Assembly (NCBI GenBank): GCA_963814845.1
Contig: CAWFEP010000008.1
Location: 13,597 to 77,596 of the forward strand
DNA: 64,000 nt
Reading direction: 5' to 3'
Source of the DNA: an uncultured Actinomycetota bacterium
GTDB lineage: Bacteria; Actinomycetota; Actinomycetes; JAFAQI01
Part shown: piece after piece, positions 60,541-64,000 of the stretch
How positions within the stretch are numbered: the first letter of the stretch is position 1
Layout: every line of letters starts with the position of its first letter
Notes under the pieces: model-generated
The model's database searches: none
What the model was told of the DNA's origin: nothing
What the model saw: the letters and a program-made list of their open reading frames with translations, nothing else
Translations under genes and position numbers: made by a program

Positions 60541-61818
60541 TTACTTTCCCTTGGCTCCACTCCCAGGCCCGGGTCCCGGCCCGGGCGGCCCGTGGCCGTG
60601 CTTGTTCTTGGGTCCGTGGGCCTTGGCATGGCCAGGCGGGACGTGGCCCGGGCCGTGGACTGTCGAGGGTGCGGGCACCACGACCGCACTCGCTGACGGT
60701 TTGGTGGCAGTTCTCGCGTGGGCGAGTGCGGTCGGCGTGTTGGCGGTCGATGACGCGGCAACATGGGGTGCCGGTGTCTGAGTCCCAGAACCACCTTGCG
60801 TGCCTGAGTGCCCTAATGCGCCTGACAGGGCCAGGGCCACACCCGCGAGGAGGACCAAACCGGTGATCGTCGCAAGCGCAACCGAGCGACGACTGCCGTG
60901 TCGACGCCCCCCGAGCGTGGGCCGCATGAGTCGAGTCGTGCCAGCGAGCGCACCCACGGGCAACACCCGGGTTGGTGCGACATCGGTTTCTGGGGCCAGG
61001 GCGGATTGGGAGATGACCGCTGCGCTCGGACGCAGGTCGGGGTCCTCGGCAAGCATCCCCGTCACGAGGTCAGCGATTCCCAGTGGCACGGTCGCGGGCA
61101 GCGGCGGCGCACTGTGCTGCAGTCTGGCCAGAGCCGTCGCGATCTCGCCGTCCGCCACAAACGGCGGCTGACCGCTCAAGCACTGGTAGGCAACAACTCC
61201 CAGACTGAAGATGTCGGTCGCAGGTGTCAGAGAGTGGCCATGCACCTGTTCCGGAGATAGGTACGTCGCGGTGCCGAGCAGCGCTCCTGTCGCGGTCAAT
61301 CTGGTGGCGTCTTGAGCACGCGCGATGCCGAAATCGGCCACCTTGACGCGGCCGTCGCGCCCGATCAAGAGATTGGCGGGCTTGATGTCGCGGTGCACGA
61401 CGCCGCAACTGTGGGCGTGCATCAGCGCGGTTGCGACGTCTTGGATCAGCCGGGCGACGTGACGTGGCGCCAGCGTGTATTCGCGGGCAAGGAGTGTCGA
61501 GACCGTCTCGCCGTCGATCAGCTCCATGACGATGAACGACATCCATCGACCGTCGTCGTCACATTCCTCGCCCCAGTCGTAGACCGCCACCACTCGCTCA
61601 GACGTGATCGACGCCGCGGCTCGCGCCTCGACCCGCAGTCGGGCGCGAAACTCGGCGCTGTCGGCATGCTCAGGCCGCAACAGCTTTACCGCGATGGCAC
61701 GCTGGAGACGCTCATCGCGACCCCGCCAGACCTCGCCCATCCCGCCGCCGGCGATCCGAGCGGTCAGGCGGTAGCGGCCCGCGATGCACGCATCTCTCAC
61801 GATCACAGGATTTGTCAT
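60541..61818 (-). CDS. Hanks-type Ser/Thr protein kinase with TM helix and Pro/Gly/His/Lys-rich tail
   Basis: GGGMGEVW, AVKLL, HRDIKPANLL, DFGIA, YLSPEQ. Confidence 0.92.
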   Translation of the reverse strand: MTNPVIVRDACIAGRYRLTARIAGGGMGEVWRGRDERLQRAIAVKLLRPEHADSAEFRARLRVEARAAASITSERVVAVYDWGEECDDDGRWMSFIVMELIDGETVSTLLAREYTLAPRHVARLIQDVATALMHAHSCGVVHRDIKPANLLIGRDGRVKVADFGIARAQDATRLTATGALLGTATYLSPEQVHGHSLTPATDIFSLGVVAYQCLSGQPPFVADGEIATALARLQHSAPPLPATVPLGIADLVTGMLAEDPDLRPSAAVISQSALAPETDVAPTRVLPVGALAGTTRLMRPTLGGRRHGSRRSVALATITGLVLLAGVALALSGALGHSGTQGGSGTQTPAPHVAASSTANTPTALAHARTATKPSASAVVVPAPSTVHGPGHVPPGHAKAHGPKNKHGHGPPGPGPGPGSGAKGK

Positions 61819-61893
61819 ACCCCCGACAGGGCGGCGTAACTCCTGACCGATGATCGGTCCGCGCCACATGAGCGCTCGACCAGCGAAATCGCG

Positions 61894-62844
61894 TCAGGTG
61901 ACGCTGCTCCACGTACCGCGCGGGCGCTCGAGCTGCGCTCGGCTCCAACTGCCACTGTCGGCCGCCGCATCGTAGGTGCTCTGCAGGAACGCAAGCAGCG
62001 TCCGGTCCGGGTCATCAGCAGTTCTGACTGCCTCGTAGGGAAGGACGAACTCACCGAGATCCAGCTGGTACGCCGCGTCCGTCGGCTGGACCCTTGAACT
62101 CCGGAACTCAGCTGGCTCGGGATAGGTATAGGAGTAGTAGCAGCCGTTGCCCGTTGGGCCGGGCCAATATCCTGCGCTGCTGACTTCCCGCGAGTACGCC
62201 TCGAGCATGACGTGAGGTCCGCAGTTCGGTGCGCCGCCGGGATGGGGCGGGGCTTCCCGTCCTGAAAACCTGCTCGTCGCTAGGTCGAGCGCACCCCAGA
62301 AGAGGTGAACGGGACTTGTCTTCCCGACGAACCGGCTTCGGAAGATCTCCAGGACCCGCTTGGATTCGACCAACGTGTGCCAGAACCGCTCGACCTGCGC
62401 AGCGTCGTAGCTTGCGTGGATCTCGTCCTGGTCGAACGGGATGGCGTCGGCGATCTCGACCGGCATGGTCCAGATCTGCACCGGCACGCCGAGCTCGTCG
62501 AGCAATGTCATGACACCGCGATAGAAGTCGGCGACCGATTCAGGTCGGAGAGCATGACGGCGCCGATCGCCCGCTGTCGTCACGATGAGGAGCTGATGCT
62601 CGACGAGATCGAAGTCGATCTGGAAGCCTTGTCCGACGCCGTGAGGGATCAGCGATGTCGTCAGGCCGGTGGCAGTCAGGTAGAGCGGGGTGTTCCACCA
62701 GTGACTCGTGACCGGCGTCTGGGCCATACGAACCTTGCCGATGACTTGGGTCCACAGGTGGAAGGTCGCGCGGGTGTCCTCCCAGTCGCTCGGAGGCTCC
62801 GGCCACCTCCGGCCTGGTTCAGCTTGCGGGTGTCGGGACGTCAC
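61894..62844 (-). CDS. DUF5996 family protein
   Basis: HLWTQVIGK, HWWN, FVGKTSPVHLFWG..DLA..RFSGR.AP.HPGG, EAYS.E.SSAGYWPG. Confidence 0.8.
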   Translation of the reverse strand: MTSRHPQAEPGRRWPEPPSDWEDTRATFHLWTQVIGKVRMAQTPVTSHWWNTPLYLTATGLTTSLIPHGVGQGFQIDFDLVEHQLLIVTTAGDRRRHALRPESVADFYRGVMTLLDELGVPVQIWTMPVEIADAIPFDQDEIHASYDAAQVERFWHTLVESKRVLEIFRSRFVGKTSPVHLFWGALDLATSRFSGREAPPHPGGAPNCGPHVMLEAYSREVSSAGYWPGPTGNGCYYSYTYPEPAEFRSSRVQPTDAAYQLDLGEFVLPYEAVRTADDPDRTLLAFLQSTYDAAADSGSWSRAQLERPRGTWSSVT

Positions 62845-62881
62845 TGGTCGAATAATATTGCGGTCACGGAAGGCGGAGCTT

Positions 62882-63562
62882 TCAGGCGCCGTACGTCGGC
62901 ACGATCGCGCCGCTGATCGGTGCGGCTGCGTCACTGACCAGAAACGCGATCACTTCCGCGATCGCCTCGGGAGTCACTGCGTGCTCCAGGGCCTCAGGAG
63001 GCGCCCACGCCTTGTTCTTCTCCGTGGCGATCAGCGCCGGTGCGACTGCGTTCACGCGAATTCCCTGAGGTCGGAGCTCCAGGTCGAGGACACGGACGAG
63101 TTGGGCGAGTGCCGCCTTGCTGGCACTGTACGCAGCAACTCCTGGGGTCGGCTCGATGCCGGGGCGCGCCGTGACGTGCACGATCGATCCGGATCCGCGC
63201 TTCGTCATGTGCGGCGCCACCGCCTGCGTCAGCCACAAAGCCGGCCCGACGTTCACGTCGAACATCCGGCTGAGCGTCTCGGCTGTGGCGGAGAGCGCGT
63301 CGCTGACGTCGTAGGCACCCACCGTGTTCACCAGGATGTCCGGGGGACCGACCTGCCCGACGATCCGTTCGACGAGCGGTGTGGCCGCGGCAGGGTCGGT
63401 GGCGTCCGCGACCTCACGTCGGATGTCGTCAGGGAGCTTGCTCAGACCCTCCTCGTTGCGGTCGACGGCGACGACGACCGCGCCGGTGCTGCCGAGTCTC
63501 ACGGCGGTTGCTTGTCCCAACCCGCTTCCGGCACCAACCACCACAGCAATCTGGGCGCTCAT
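62882..63562 (-). CDS. SDR family oxidoreductase
   Basis: GAGSGLG, YSASK, VNAVAP. Confidence 0.88.
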   Translation of the reverse strand: MSAQIAVVVGAGSGLGQATAVRLGSTGAVVVAVDRNEEGLSKLPDDIRREVADATDPAAATPLVERIVGQVGPPDILVNTVGAYDVSDALSATAETLSRMFDVNVGPALWLTQAVAPHMTKRGSGSIVHVTARPGIEPTPGVAAYSASKAALAQLVRVLDLELRPQGIRVNAVAPALIATEKNKAWAPPEALEHAVTPEAIAEVIAFLVSDAAAPISGAIVPTYGA

Positions 63563-64000
63563 GAGGCCCCTCCTTCGGGAGATTCTTTGAATCGGCGTCC
63601 GAGCAGCGCCCAGCCCGAGGCGGACACGCCAACCGCGACGAGGATGGCGAACCCGAAGACAGTGTTGGGCGCGCTGGCGCCTCTGTCGAGCGCGATTCCG
63701 GCGCCGATCACGGGAACCGAGAGCCCGACGAACAGTGCGATCAAGAGGTCGGACGTCATGGCCAGCCGGTTTTCCGGTGCGCTTGTTTCGAGCACGATTC
63801 CGGTGGTGCCCTTGAAGACCGCCCCGGCGCCGGCGCCGATGAGCGCGCCCGCGACCAAGAACAAGGCGAGGCTCGGCGTTGAGAGCCTGACCGAAACAAC
63901 GAGCAGCACCAGACCGATGAGCATCGACGCGGTGCCGAGTCCGAGCACGCGTGCCGCGGCCAGCCGGTTCGTCGCTAACTGGGATGCCACTCCGCAGGTA
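63559..64000 (-). CDS. MFS transporter C-terminal part (5' end outside window)
   Basis: Hydrophobic helices, GAGAGAVFKG, GLSVPVIGAG. Confidence 0.7.
   Translation of the reverse strand, partial: TCGVASQLATNRLAAARVLGLGTASMLIGLVLLVVSVRLSTPSLALFLVAGALIGAGAGAVFKGTTGIVLETSAPENRLAMTSDLLIALFVGLSVPVIGAGIALDRGASAPNTVFGFAILVAVGVSASGWALLGRRFKESPEGGAS

Noticed and set aside
60541-60660. GPG/His/Lys repeats at the kinase C-terminus
   Set aside because: Common low-complexity tail of actinobacterial membrane kinases.
1-64000. tRNA, rRNA, CRISPR, IS/integrase, prophage or defence systems
   Set aside because: None recognised by eye on either strand; a tRNAscan, Rfam or DefenseFinder run would be needed to exclude them formally.

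Overview
High-GC chromosomal window, most likely from an Actinomycetota (HelR, F420-dependent LLM/PPOX enzymes, split LigD, leaderless leader peptide). No rRNA, tRNA, CRISPR array, transposase or phage gene was seen. Many genes carry isolated 1-nt frameshifts, which look like long-read assembly errors. The centrepiece is a ~26 kb catabolic island (21.9-48.3 kb): APC permease, five C-N hydrolases from four folds, tandem SDRs, an aminotransferase, a ComD/ComE-like decarboxylase pair, an aldehyde dehydrogenase, a hydroxyaspartate-lyase-like enzyme, and a methylaspartate ammonia-lyase with no glutamate mutase in the window. The lyase is translationally coupled to a CoA-transferase/MaoC hydratase/CitE module resembling itaconate/mesaconate degradation. 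This is the best candidate for an undescribed pathway. Other notable items: a yybP-ykoY Mn riboswitch over a GDT1 exporter; helR apparently lacking its rifamycin-associated element; a candidate ANTAR hairpin next to a GAF-ANTAR gene; and an unannotated leaderless single-Cys leader peptide above a TauD/sulfonate-ABC operon. All product calls come from motif recognition by eye; no database searches were run.
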